The notes below the pieces were generated by a model. That model was given only the letters and a program-made list of their open reading frames with translations, was not told where the DNA came from and searched no databases. Of a stretch of DNA of 64,000 bases, positions 9,812 to 19,374 are shown piece after piece (within the stretch, counting starts at the first letter, position 1; each line of letters opens with the position of its first letter). A program made the translations under genes and the position numbers. Source of the stretch: an uncultured Pseudomonadales bacterium (GTDB lineage Bacteria > Patescibacteriota > Microgenomatia > UBA1400 > PJMF01); NCBI GenBank assembly GCA_964637295.1, contig CAZWWE010000004.1:26674-90673 (forward strand), written 5' to 3'.

Positions 9812-11287
9812 TTAATTGTTTTCTCTGACCGCTTTTAAAATATTTTTTGCTCCTCTATAAAAAATGGGATCAAGTTTTTTACTATTAATCATGGCTTGAG
9901 TGAGCCAGGATTTTTGGCTTTCATCTTTAATGCTTGGAATAGGGCGATTGGCGCTATTTAACTTATCTGTTTCAAAAGTAACTTCGTTATTACTAGTAAT
10001 TTTTACCAATTGTTCAACGATGTGATCAACGTTGGCCACTTGCGCAGTGCCGCTTTTTTTAAAAACCCGACGGACATTGTGTTCCCATTCGCCCCATTCT
10101 TTAAGCGTGAGCAAAGCAGAGCCAGAAACGACGGCATCATAAGCCATATCGCCAGAAGGTTTGCTGATAAAAAGATCGGCATGGGGAAAGGCTTTTTGAA
10201 TTAATAATTCGTTGGCATCAACGATTTGTGGATGATAGATAATGCTGAATCTAGATTGATGATCTTCTTCTGTTTTAGTTTTAATTCTGGCATTTAGGCT
10301 AAATTTTGCTGGGTCTTTAGGACTGATTACTCGATAAGCGAGCTTGTTTTTTTCGGCAATTTGTACTGCCATTTCTTTATGATCCAAGTGGGTGCCAGCA
10401 TAAAAAATCAATTGTGTAGTTACTAAATCGGTTTTTTGGTCACTAGCTTGCTGTTTCAGAACAGGTAAAAGTTGTTCCAAAATACTCTTGATCTCTGATT
10501 TATTGGTGCCAAGCCCACCTGTTGTTAAACAAATTTTCAAAGGTCGATCTTTGGTCCAAGCTTTTTTATTTTCATTACAGGCAATAATTCTGGGATCAAT
10601 TGGGGGTCCAGTGACAACGACTTTGTCTTTTATTTGGTTTTCTGGAATATTTTTACCAATTTGTTGAGCTAGGTCAAAAAAAGCCAATTTTGTTGCTTCA
10701 TCAAAAACTAAAAAGCGCATATTAGGTAAATGAGCGTTATCTAAATAATCGCTACGCACGTGTGGATCTGTGATCATTTGCATAACTTTTTTACCCTCTG
10801 CTGCGAGGATGTTGCCAGTGACAATATGCATTGAAAGAATAGTTTTTTTGATGCTAGAACCAAGGTAGAGAGTGGGTGGAGTGACGTTATCTAAAATGGG
10901 CATTTTAGAACGACCGAATTTGTCTATCACGTCTTTTAAGCTTTTTAGAATTGGCCAACGAGCAATGATTTTACCGATTTCATGAGTCAAAGTTACGCTT
11001 TTAAAAGCTTCATTACTGACATAATTAGTGCCATCAACCAGCCAAGCTTTCTTAGGATCAATTTTTTCACCCCAAGCTTGCATCGCCACGCCCAGAGCCA
11101 TCGAATAATGAGCGCGAGACAGCACAATGTCAGTGCTTTTATCTTCTTCTTTTTGATGATGCAAACCCTTGAGATCTTCTTGAAAAGAAGCCGAGACCGT
11201 CATGATTGGCACTTGAGTTTGCTCGAGAAGCTTTTTGTCTGCTTGGTAGATTTTTTTTAAATCTCTGCTGATGTCGTAATCTTGCAT
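9812..11287 (-). CDS. Putative GT-B glycosyltransferase-like protein
   Basis: VTGPPIDP, TTGGLG, ADLFISKPSG resemble MurG/MGDG-synthase motifs. Confidence 0.6.
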   Translation of the reverse strand: MQDYDISRDLKKIYQADKKLLEQTQVPIMTVSASFQEDLKGLHHQKEEDKSTDIVLSRAHYSMALGVAMQAWGEKIDPKKAWLVDGTNYVSNEAFKSVTLTHEIGKIIARWPILKSLKDVIDKFGRSKMPILDNVTPPTLYLGSSIKKTILSMHIVTGNILAAEGKKVMQMITDPHVRSDYLDNAHLPNMRFLVFDEATKLAFFDLAQQIGKNIPENQIKDKVVVTGPPIDPRIIACNENKKAWTKDRPLKICLTTGGLGTNKSEIKSILEQLLPVLKQQASDQKTDLVTTQLIFYAGTHLDHKEMAVQIAEKNKLAYRVISPKDPAKFSLNARIKTKTEEDHQSRFSIIYHPQIVDANELLIQKAFPHADLFISKPSGDMAYDAVVSGSALLTLKEWGEWEHNVRRVFKKSGTAQVANVDHIVEQLVKITSNNEVTFETDKLNSANRPIPSIKDESQKSWLTQAMINSKKLDPIFYRGAKNILKAVRENN

Positions 11288-11376
11288 GATTTTTAGTGTA
11301 GCAGTTCACTCGTTGAGTTAGAAGTATGTTTTTATATCCAATTGACCGAACAAAACACGAAGATTATGATATTCAT

Positions 11377-12030
11377 ATGGCTTATTCTTTAGAAATTAAA
11401 AACAAAGCAATCGAACTTAGAAAAGCTGGCTATTCCATAAAAGAAATTGCTAGAACTTTGACTATAGCAGTAAGCACATCTTCAATTTGGCTTAGGAAAA
11501 CACCCATTAGCTCAGCTGGCAAGAATCGCATGCAAAAGCAATCTTCTATAAACAGATATAAAATGTCGATCTTCTGGAATAAAAAGAGATTAAAAAGATT
11601 ATTGTTTCATCAAAAAAAGGCACAAAAAATACTCAAACAGGTCATTTTTACCAAATCAATTAATAAATTAATCTGTGCAGTTTTGTTTTGGGCAGAAGGG
11701 TCAAAAAACACCAACCATATAGCATTTACTAATTCTGACCCAAGAATGATTGAAGTATTTCTTAACTTATTACGTCAAAGCTATGATTTGGATGAAAGTA
11801 AATTCCACGTCAGTATGCATTTGCATGAGCATCATGATTTACAACGGTCTTTCAATTTTTGGTCAAAAGTGACTAAAATTAATCGATTACAATTCATTAA
11901 ACCATACATAAAACCGCACACTGGTTTTAGAAAAAAGTTAGGTTATAAGGGATGTATAACCATTCGTTATTATGATTCTGAAATTGCCAGAGAACTAACG
12001 GCACTATATAATAGTCTCCCTAGTAAATAG
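11377..12030 (+). CDS. HTH + LAGLIDADG-like endonuclease-fold protein
   Basis: N-terminal HTH (AIELRKAGYSIKEIARTL), LFWAEGSK helix, FTNSDP; TTGACC-17-TATGAT ends 6 nt before the ATG. Confidence 0.75.
   Translation: MAYSLEIKNKAIELRKAGYSIKEIARTLTIAVSTSSIWLRKTPISSAGKNRMQKQSSINRYKMSIFWNKKRLKRLLFHQKKAQKILKQVIFTKSINKLICAVLFWAEGSKNTNHIAFTNSDPRMIEVFLNLLRQSYDLDESKFHVSMHLHEHHDLQRSFNFWSKVTKINRLQFIKPYIKPHTGFRKKLGYKGCITIRYYDSEIARELTALYNSLPSK
11984..12012 (+). promoter_or_regulatory. Promoter for tRNA-Trp inside the upstream CDS
   Basis: TTGCCA-17-TATAAT ending 16 nt before the tRNA. Confidence 0.7.
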
Positions 12031-12099
12031 GGCGGTCGTCCAGTGGTAGGGCCTTTCTCTCCAAAAGAAATGACGAGGGTTCGATTCCTTCCCGCCCTG
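12029..12099 (+). tRNA. tRNA-Trp(CCA)
   Basis: AGGGCGG/CCGCCCT acceptor stem, tttct-ct CCA aa-agaaa, G discriminator. Confidence 0.93.
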
Positions 12100-12106
12100 C
12101 AAATAT

Positions 12107-12136
12107 AAAAAAGTCCAGCAATGCTGGATTTTTTTA
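12107..12136. terminator. Intrinsic terminator after tRNA-Trp
   Basis: aaaaagtccagca-a-tgctggattttttt. Confidence 0.8.
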
Positions 12137-12182
12137 TATTTGTTGTGGTAAGGAAAAATAACGAAGCTTTTTTGGTTTTCAA

Positions 12183-12776
12183 TTAATTGCCATTGTTTCT
12201 TAAAGCTTCTAAAAATTCTGCTTCTATTTGTTTTTTTTCAATTTCAGCCATTTTTTCAAAAATCTGAGCCAAAGGTAATTCAGTCATGGTCATCACTTCA
12301 TGAAGGCTACGATATTTTTTGCGATCAGCGGAAGCTGAGTGACCTTTTTGGCCGATTTGACAGGCAAAAATCCCAAAACGAGGATCGATAATGCGGTTTC
12401 CGCCAACCAAATTGCCAATAAACCAATCTGGTCCTCCCTTTGGATCTTTTATTTGCAAGTGAACAGCGAGGATATCCGAGCGCATGCTTTCTTGAACTCC
12501 TTCTAAAGTATCAGCTATTCTCAGCACCATTACTTGGATATCAATTCCATCAATTGAAATAGTCGTCTCTAAAGAGACTGGCCACTTGCCATAAAGGAAA
12601 ACATACGCCAACTCTCTCAAGCCTTTTTTTATAGTTTTGCTTTTTGGATCTTGTTGATAAGCAGTCGATAAAGCTCTGAGCAAAAATTCTCTCGCTAACT
12701 GAATAGTTTTTAATTCTTTCTCAATTTTTCTTTGTTCCTCATTCATTCCAAAATATTCTTCAAGGTAATTGGTCAT
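12183..12776 (-). CDS. Hypothetical protein
   Basis: 197-aa ORF, no motif recognised. Confidence 0.7.
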   Translation of the reverse strand: MTNYLEEYFGMNEEQRKIEKELKTIQLAREFLLRALSTAYQQDPKSKTIKKGLRELAYVFLYGKWPVSLETTISIDGIDIQVMVLRIADTLEGVQESMRSDILAVHLQIKDPKGGPDWFIGNLVGGNRIIDPRFGIFACQIGQKGHSASADRKKYRSLHEVMTMTELPLAQIFEKMAEIEKKQIEAEFLEALRNNGN

Positions 12777-12796
12777 AAGCTTTTTTAATTATCTTT

Positions 12797-13195
12797 CTAA
12801 TTAATTTTACTTCCACAAAACTTACACTTTTTCGCCTTAAAGGGAATTTTGCTCAAGCACTCTGGGCAAACTTTTTCTGCAGGCTCGGTTTTTTTAGGTT
12901 TTTTTGCTTCCATAAGTTTGTTCATTGGCAAAACGATGAAAAAATAAATAGTGGCTGAAATCGTTAAAAAGGAAAGCACTGCGTTGATAAAGTCGCCCAC
13001 CATAAATTTACTTTGGTTAATGGTGAAATAAATGTTTGAAAAATCCGGCGTACCACCAAAGGCTCCAATAAAAGGAGTGATAATGTCTTTTACTAGTGCA
13101 CTGACCACATTACCAAAAGCTACGCCAACCACCACGCCGACTGCCATGTCGACAACGTTGCCTTTGAGAATAAATTTTTTGAAACCTTCTAGCAT
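12797..13195 (-). CDS. mscL: Large-conductance mechanosensitive channel with C-terminal Zn ribbon
   Basis: FKKFILKGNVVDMAVGVVVG; CPEC..CKFC tail. Confidence 0.95.
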   Translation of the reverse strand: MLEGFKKFILKGNVVDMAVGVVVGVAFGNVVSALVKDIITPFIGAFGGTPDFSNIYFTINQSKFMVGDFINAVLSFLTISATIYFFIVLPMNKLMEAKKPKKTEPAEKVCPECLSKIPFKAKKCKFCGSKIN

Positions 13196-13218
13196 GATGT
13201 CCTTTTTTTGAGTAGTTT

Positions 13219-13947
13219 TTATTCTAAAAATTTCAATAAATAAATTGTGCTAATTCCAATCGCAACAAAGACTAGCGACTGGAGTAATTTCCACAGGTTT
13301 TTTTCAGCTCTAATTTCTGGTAGTAAATCAGCGGCGGCGATGTATAAAAAGCCACCTGCGGCGACAGCCAATAAATAATGAATAGCCACATCACTAAAAT
13401 CAAACAGCCATTGGCCAATTAAAACACCTAAAACGGCAAATAAAGACACAAAAAAGTTAAAAAAGACCGCTTGCTTTTTACTTAAACCGGCGTGCAGCAA
13501 AACCCCAAAATCACCCAGTTCTTGAGGTAATTCATGCAAAATAATGGCTAAGCTAGCTCCCAGACCAACTTCCCAGCTGACCGCGAAGCTAGCAGCGATA
13601 ATTAGGCCATCAATGAAATTATGAACTGAGTCACCAATTAAATTCATGTAAGCCACGCTATGTACTTCACAATGATCTTTGTGACAATGATGCCAGCCAA
13701 GTAATTTTTCAATCAAGAAAAAGCCTAAAAATGCTATAAAAGTGATTTGCAAACTCATTTCTGCCCCCAAAACCTCAATGCTTTCTGGTAAAAGATGAAA
13801 AAACGCATCGGCCATCAGGGTTCCAGCTGCCAAAGCTAGTAACAAATGAATGATTTGATGTAATTGTTTTTTGAGGAGTAACAAAGAAGCTGCGCTTAAT
13901 AAAGAAAGCAAACTGATTAAAAGAGTAGCCAGTAAAGCAATATTCAT
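13219..13947 (-). CDS. ZIP family metal transporter
   Basis: HNFIDG, HELPQELGDF. Confidence 0.93.
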   Translation of the reverse strand: MNIALLATLLISLLSLLSAASLLLLKKQLHQIIHLLLALAAGTLMADAFFHLLPESIEVLGAEMSLQITFIAFLGFFLIEKLLGWHHCHKDHCEVHSVAYMNLIGDSVHNFIDGLIIAASFAVSWEVGLGASLAIILHELPQELGDFGVLLHAGLSKKQAVFFNFFVSLFAVLGVLIGQWLFDFSDVAIHYLLAVAAGGFLYIAAADLLPEIRAEKNLWKLLQSLVFVAIGISTIYLLKFLE

Positions 13948-13968
13948 ATTATTAGTTTTTTTAAATTC

Positions 13969-14586
13969 CTAAATAAAAATTTTCAATAAAATATCAATGA
14001 GAGGACGAAGTAAAGCGTTTACCGCCGAACTGCCGCCCACCCAAGGAAAGACCAGCATGATTAGGATCACCGTACCATAGCGACTCATCACGTCTTCATA
14101 CTCTAAGCTGGCTTGATGAGGCAATAAAGCACGCATGATTTTGCCGCCGTCCAGAGGGTAAATGGGCAATAAATTAAAAAGAGCTAAAGCAACATTGATA
14201 AAAATTAACTGCATGCTAAAAAGGGCAAAAAACTCGCCGCCAAAACCTAGTTTTAACAAAATTGACAAAAAAGTAGCAATTAGTAAATTGCTTGCTGGTC
14301 CAGCAGCAGCAATCAAAGCGGCATCACGGATGGGTTCTTTGAGATTGTATGGATCATAAGGCGCAGCCTTGCCCCAGCCGAAACCAGTCAAAATAATCGC
14401 CAGAGTGCCAAGCGGATCTAAATGGGCGAGGGGATTAAGAGTTAGACGACCCTTGATGCGTGGGGTGGGATCGCCCAAGCGATCGGTGACAAAACAGTGG
14501 GCGAATTCATGAAAACCGATAGAAATCACTAGGCCAGCCATAAAAATAAAAAAAGCGATGGGGTTTTGAACGAGTAGATCTAACAT
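13969..14586 (-). CDS. Site-2 protease (M50)
   Basis: HEFAH, NLLPIYPLDG. Confidence 0.93.
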   Translation of the reverse strand: MLDLLVQNPIAFFIFMAGLVISIGFHEFAHCFVTDRLGDPTPRIKGRLTLNPLAHLDPLGTLAIILTGFGWGKAAPYDPYNLKEPIRDAALIAAAGPASNLLIATFLSILLKLGFGGEFFALFSMQLIFINVALALFNLLPIYPLDGGKIMRALLPHQASLEYEDVMSRYGTVILIMLVFPWVGGSSAVNALLRPLIDILLKIFI

Positions 14587-14602
14587 AGGTTGTTTGATTC
14601 TA

Positions 14603-16606
14603 TTATACTTCTTTCATTTTTTCTTTAAGCATTCGCCATTTATCACCTAAAAAATTACGCAGATACCAAGTAGCTTGGCGAAAGTGAGTAGCGCAGTATT
14701 TCAAATCACTTTTACAATTTGGGGCGAAATATATATTGAGAGTTTCACTGAAACCATCCTTGGTAATAGTAACCGAAGTTTTAAGAGGTTTGCTATTCAT
14801 AAAATCTAAAAACAACATGCCATTTTGACCATGTTGAGCTTTGACTTCCACACTATCAATTTTGTCAGCGACAGTGATTTTAGGCTCGGTTTTCAAAGTC
14901 ACCGGATAGCCATACTGATCCTTTGGAAACAAGACCAGGCGCACGGGGTTGCGTCCGGCCATGGCAAAGCGATTATTTTTATGTAAATAAGTAGTTTTAG
15001 CACTGAGAGAATGTTCGCTTAATTCTGGAAAAAGTAGAGGATAATGTTTTTGACGCATTTCTTCAAACAAATTTGCTTGATTTTTAATTTTGATGGTAAA
15101 AATATTTAAATCGTTTTGACTAGTGATTTTTATTAATTGCCAAGCCTGTTCTTTTTTAATTTTTTCGAGTAAAGCATTGTTAGTTTGATCAACAGTCTGT
15201 TTAATTAAGGCAATGTTTTGATCATCAAAAATGGCTAAAAGCTGATCTTTATTGATTACTTTAAATTCACTGTCACTGATTTCAATTTTCAATGTTTTTG
15301 GATCAATCTTTTCACTAAGTAACAATCGGCCTGGTTTCAGCTCATTTTTCTTTAATTCATTTAGGTTATCATTGGTCAATAAATCAAATTGTAAACTTTG
15401 ATCATTAGCTGGGTAGCGCGAACCATCGATAATAAAAGGAACTATCCACCAGCCCAATTTTTTAGCCGACTTTTCCAAATATGGATCAGTAAAACTGTCA
15501 TCATAGATTCTTAAATCACTGATAAATAATTCTTTATCGCTTAAACGCAAGCGTAAGCGGTAGTGTGGAGTAGTAATCCACCAGGCTTTTTCATTGGTAT
15601 TTTTCTGATCTTGACCCTCATAGACAGATAGTTTTTGATTTGAGTTGTTTTTTTGCCTAAAAAAAATTGCGTAATCCTTGGCCAACAAAACCTGCTGGTC
15701 TTGATGTTCTTGCTGGTATTTTTTGATAAAATTTAATTGTTTTTTAAATTCAGTCTGCACTTCACTGGGCATCGAATTTTCTAAGCCGAGCAGAGCGAAA
15801 GTATCTTGATTGGAGTTTTGTGAGTGAGCTTGTAAAAATAAGTGTTCAAAGTAGCTAAAATCTGCTTTACGTAGGGCATAATCATTGGGTTGCGAAGTAA
15901 AAGAACTGCTGTCATCTCCATAATTATAGACCGGATCAGTGATAGTTTGTCTGACGATGATGGGCATGTTTTCATTATTTTGAGCAGCGGGCACTAAAGC
16001 CCAATTTTGGCTTGGATAATATGGATAATGAACTGGTCCACCATAAAGTGTGTAAGAATCGACACCCATTTGTTCTCTAGTGATTTGGTGAAGCAATACG
16101 CCATACTGGTTTTTTAAGAGTTGCAGAGAAAAAGGATCAATCATCCAAGCGGTGGTAATTTTTGGATAATTATCAAAAACTTTTTTAAAACTTTCCATGT
16201 AAGTCTCTAGAATTTTTTTGCGATCACTCAGCGAATAGCCAATCAAATAAGCAAACTGCGCCTCATACCAATTACTTTCGTTGCCGCTATAATTAACACC
16301 TGCATCTTGAGCCAACTCTTGAGTAATTTCTAAAAAAGCTCCCCATTCAAGATTGGGATTAGCTTGATATTTTTTAATGAGCCTTAGAAATTCAGGATTT
16401 TTCAAAACGTCATAACGTAAAGTAAAAGTGCTGGGTAAACTTAATTGAGAAACAGTATCTAGCTGCAATTTTAAATTAACTACATTTCCAGGACTGCAAC
16501 ACTCAGTTCCGCGCACTTGATTGATGATTAAAGTAGTGTGATCTGCTGCTAGAATTGGTTGACTAAAGATTATGCCAAAAGTCAAAATAAATAATAAAAA
16601 TATCAT
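14603..16606 (-). CDS. Secreted protein, possible glycoside hydrolase/deacetylase fold
   Basis: Signal peptide; PSTFTLRYD, EWGAFLE, YPYYPS. Confidence 0.6.
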   Translation of the reverse strand: MIFLLFILTFGIIFSQPILAADHTTLIINQVRGTECCSPGNVVNLKLQLDTVSQLSLPSTFTLRYDVLKNPEFLRLIKKYQANPNLEWGAFLEITQELAQDAGVNYSGNESNWYEAQFAYLIGYSLSDRKKILETYMESFKKVFDNYPKITTAWMIDPFSLQLLKNQYGVLLHQITREQMGVDSYTLYGGPVHYPYYPSQNWALVPAAQNNENMPIIVRQTITDPVYNYGDDSSSFTSQPNDYALRKADFSYFEHLFLQAHSQNSNQDTFALLGLENSMPSEVQTEFKKQLNFIKKYQQEHQDQQVLLAKDYAIFFRQKNNSNQKLSVYEGQDQKNTNEKAWWITTPHYRLRLRLSDKELFISDLRIYDDSFTDPYLEKSAKKLGWWIVPFIIDGSRYPANDQSLQFDLLTNDNLNELKKNELKPGRLLLSEKIDPKTLKIEISDSEFKVINKDQLLAIFDDQNIALIKQTVDQTNNALLEKIKKEQAWQLIKITSQNDLNIFTIKIKNQANLFEEMRQKHYPLLFPELSEHSLSAKTTYLHKNNRFAMAGRNPVRLVLFPKDQYGYPVTLKTEPKITVADKIDSVEVKAQHGQNGMLFLDFMNSKPLKTSVTITKDGFSETLNIYFAPNCKSDLKYCATHFRQATWYLRNFLGDKWRMLKEKMKEV

Positions 16607-16688
16607 TTGCTAAATTATTCTAACATCTCACTTGAAAATTTCTTCCTCTGCCCATTTTTTTCTTCATATGGTAAAATCACCCTCTGTT

Positions 16689-16901
16689 ATGAAAATCAAT
16701 TTGCATAAATACTCTACAATCGCTAGCTATGGTCACAACGTTTCTCACGCCAAGAATCGTACCAGAAGAGCTTTTAAATATAATTTGCACACTGCTACCG
16801 TGATGATTGATGGCCTCAAGAAAAAAATTAAGGTTCCTACTCGAGTCTTGAGACAACTTAAGAAATTAGGTTTGACCAATCACTATAAGAAAACTGCTTA
16901 A
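16689..16901 (+). CDS. rpmB: 50S ribosomal protein L28
   Basis: GHNVSHAKNRTRRAFKYNL. Confidence 0.92.
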   Translation: MKINLHKYSTIASYGHNVSHAKNRTRRAFKYNLHTATVMIDGLKKKIKVPTRVLRQLKKLGLTNHYKKTA

Positions 16902-16910
16902 TTTAATTTG

Positions 16911-17897
16911 TTAAAGCAAGGCGTTTTTGCATTCTCTAAATAGACAAGGATTTTTACCCTCGATTTGCACGCGATCGAGAATTAGTTGTTGATTATCTAT
17001 GTGACAGGCAAAAATCTTCATTCTTTTTTCACCTTGATTGGTTTTAATTACGGTCCATAGTCCTGGCCAGGGAGAGAAAGCGCGACTAGCATTAATGATT
17101 AATTGAATTTGCTCAGTTTTATCTTTGCAAATTTCATCATCCATTAATAAATTGTTTAAAAGCTTTTGTTTGTCTATGGATAAATGTACTTTTTCTAAAT
17201 GATTAGTCATTAGTTGTTGCAAAGCTTGCCAAGTAATAAAACTATCTGTCTTATCCAATCTGCGAGCGGTTCTAGTTGGACTTTCGAGTGGTTGTGGCTG
17301 GCTTGTAATTTTCTTTTCTGCAAAATCGCTGATTAAATTAGCCAATTTTTTCATCATCAGCTTAAAAGCATGCTCATAATATTCATCTTGTGTCCAGTTT
17401 TCTTCAATTTCAAAAGGCAACTGAGCAATAATTGGGCCTTGATCCAAACCCTCGTTCATGATCATCAAAGTTACTGCAGATTGTTTTGTTTCCTCAGCTA
17501 AATCCTTAAACAATAAAGCAAATTGTCCGGGAGAACTACCGCGCCATTTTGGTAATAGTGAAGGATGAACATTAAGTGGAGCAATTTTGGGTATTTGCAG
17601 TAACCAAGAGGGAATTAAATAGCCGAAATCTACCACTAAAAGAAAATCTATTTCTCCAGCAGTGAATAGTTGTTCTTGCAAAGTGCCATCGATCTTTTTT
17701 TCAACTGCAAAATTAGTAATTTGATTTGCTTCTGCCCAAACTTGTAGAGGATTTTTAGTAAGAACTTGTTTTCGACCAATTAATTTAGGAGTGGGAGAGA
17801 TGGTGTATCTAATTTCAAAACGATTATCAGTCTGCAAAGCTTCTGCCATCATGACAGTGTATTGACTGGAACCAGCTAAAGCAATTTTGTATGGCAT
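16911..17897 (-). CDS. fmt: Methionyl-tRNA formyltransferase
   Basis: NVHPSLLPKWRG, GLDQGPI, RAFSPWPG. Confidence 0.95.
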   Translation of the reverse strand: MPYKIALAGSSQYTVMMAEALQTDNRFEIRYTISPTPKLIGRKQVLTKNPLQVWAEANQITNFAVEKKIDGTLQEQLFTAGEIDFLLVVDFGYLIPSWLLQIPKIAPLNVHPSLLPKWRGSSPGQFALLFKDLAEETKQSAVTLMIMNEGLDQGPIIAQLPFEIEENWTQDEYYEHAFKLMMKKLANLISDFAEKKITSQPQPLESPTRTARRLDKTDSFITWQALQQLMTNHLEKVHLSIDKQKLLNNLLMDDEICKDKTEQIQLIINASRAFSPWPGLWTVIKTNQGEKRMKIFACHIDNQQLILDRVQIEGKNPCLFRECKNALL

Positions 17898-17907
17898 TGT
17901 TTGATTT

Positions 17908-18504
17908 TTATAAAAGAGAAAGAATTTCTCGTTTATTTTTTACTTCTACCCATTGACCATCTTCTTCGATGTAAATTGGTAAATTATTTTCCAGAATGTG
18001 ATCAGTAAAGAGAATGCCCTGCAAATGATCGTATTCGTGTTGAATCACTCTTGCGTCAAAATCACTAAAACGAATTTTTTTGTTTTTCAGCGTGAATTTT
18101 TTATTAAGTAAATCATGATAAAAAATGCTCTGATATTGGATTTTTATCCATTCGTAACGAGGTACTGGGCCATAGAGTAGAGGGATGGAAAGACAACCTT
18201 CAAATCTCTCTTCACCATTGGCTAGACCTTTAATTTTTTTCTTACTGGTTTTAGTAATGACAGGATTGATAAAAAATTCAATTTTTGGTTTTTGACTCGC
18301 TTGATTTTCTGCGCCCAAAATGGCAGCAAAAACCTGCAGAGACTTATCTACTTGAGGAGCTGCTAAGCCAACTCCACTAGGTTGTTCTTTTTCGAGTAAA
18401 GTTTTGGCTAATTGTTCTAAAAACCCAAAAAACTTTTTATCAAAAACATCAATTGTTTTAGCTTTTTGACGTAAAGTTTGATGTGGGGCGCTAATAATTT
18501 TCAT
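17908..18504 (-). CDS. def: Peptide deformylase
   Basis: GVGLAAPQ, EGCLS, QHEYDHLQG. Confidence 0.97.
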   Translation of the reverse strand: MKIISAPHQTLRQKAKTIDVFDKKFFGFLEQLAKTLLEKEQPSGVGLAAPQVDKSLQVFAAILGAENQASQKPKIEFFINPVITKTSKKKIKGLANGEERFEGCLSIPLLYGPVPRYEWIKIQYQSIFYHDLLNKKFTLKNKKIRFSDFDARVIQHEYDHLQGILFTDHILENNLPIYIEEDGQWVEVKNKREILSLL

Positions 18505-18549
18505 CTTTATAAGCTTGTATTATACAGTAACACCACCTTATTTATTGGA

Positions 18550-19374
18550 TTAGAGAAATTTATTGTTTAAATTTTTTTGAATAATTTTAACAACATCAGC
18601 TTTTTTATTTAAAACGGTCAAATGATTACCGCCTTTGATTACGATTAATTTACAATGAGTTAATTTTTTTTGTAGCGAAAAAGCAAAGGGGAGTGGAAAA
18701 ACTCGATCTTTATCTCCATGAATCAAAATTACATTGTTTTTAATTTTGTTAAGTTTGTGTGAAAAATCGAAATTTATAATTTCTCTGCTAATGTATAAAT
18801 AACTTTTTGGTGAAGTGTGGAGAATATCTGAACCAATTCTTTTGGGATTGAAGTCGCCACTTTTTTCGTATTTTTGATAGGCAGGGTAATTTTTAAGATA
18901 CAAATTAGGAAAAAACTTTAACATAAAGAAAATGAGACCCTTGATAGGAAAATATCGATAAAGCATTCTGGCTAAGTCAGGTGCCTTATAAGAAACATTC
19001 AACAAAACCAAAGACTGAGAAAAATATGGGTAATTAATTGCCAATCCTAGAGCCAAAATACCTCCAAAACAATGTCCGATTAAAGTAGCATTTTCTGCTT
19101 TTTCTCGATGCAAAATTAGTATTAAGTCATTAATAAAATAATTTAAGCCATATTGGTAACTTTTTTGAGGTCGTTCTGATTGACCGTGTGCGCGAAGATC
19201 AATGTTAATAATTTTGTAATGATTTTTTTGAAAAGGCGCCGTTAAAGGATCAAGGGCCTTTAAACTGCCTCCAAATCCATGAATAAAAACTAGCGTTTTT
19301 TTGGCCTGTTTGCCGGTAAAAACTTCGTAGTAAATTTTGACCCCATCAATGCTTTGGATATTTTTTGCAATCAT
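18550..19374 (-). CDS. Alpha/beta hydrolase
   Basis: HGFGG, DLRAHG, GHCFGG, GDKD, GNH. Confidence 0.9.
   Translation of the reverse strand: MIAKNIQSIDGVKIYYEVFTGKQAKKTLVFIHGFGGSLKALDPLTAPFQKNHYKIINIDLRAHGQSERPQKSYQYGLNYFINDLILILHREKAENATLIGHCFGGILALGLAINYPYFSQSLVLLNVSYKAPDLARMLYRYFPIKGLIFFMLKFFPNLYLKNYPAYQKYEKSGDFNPKRIGSDILHTSPKSYLYISREIINFDFSHKLNKIKNNVILIHGDKDRVFPLPFAFSLQKKLTHCKLIVIKGGNHLTVLNKKADVVKIIQKNLNNKFL

Noticed and set aside
11326-12099. Group I intron or split tRNA hosting the LAGLIDADG-like gene
   Set aside because: tRNA-Trp is complete and uninterrupted; no upstream exon or intron core seen
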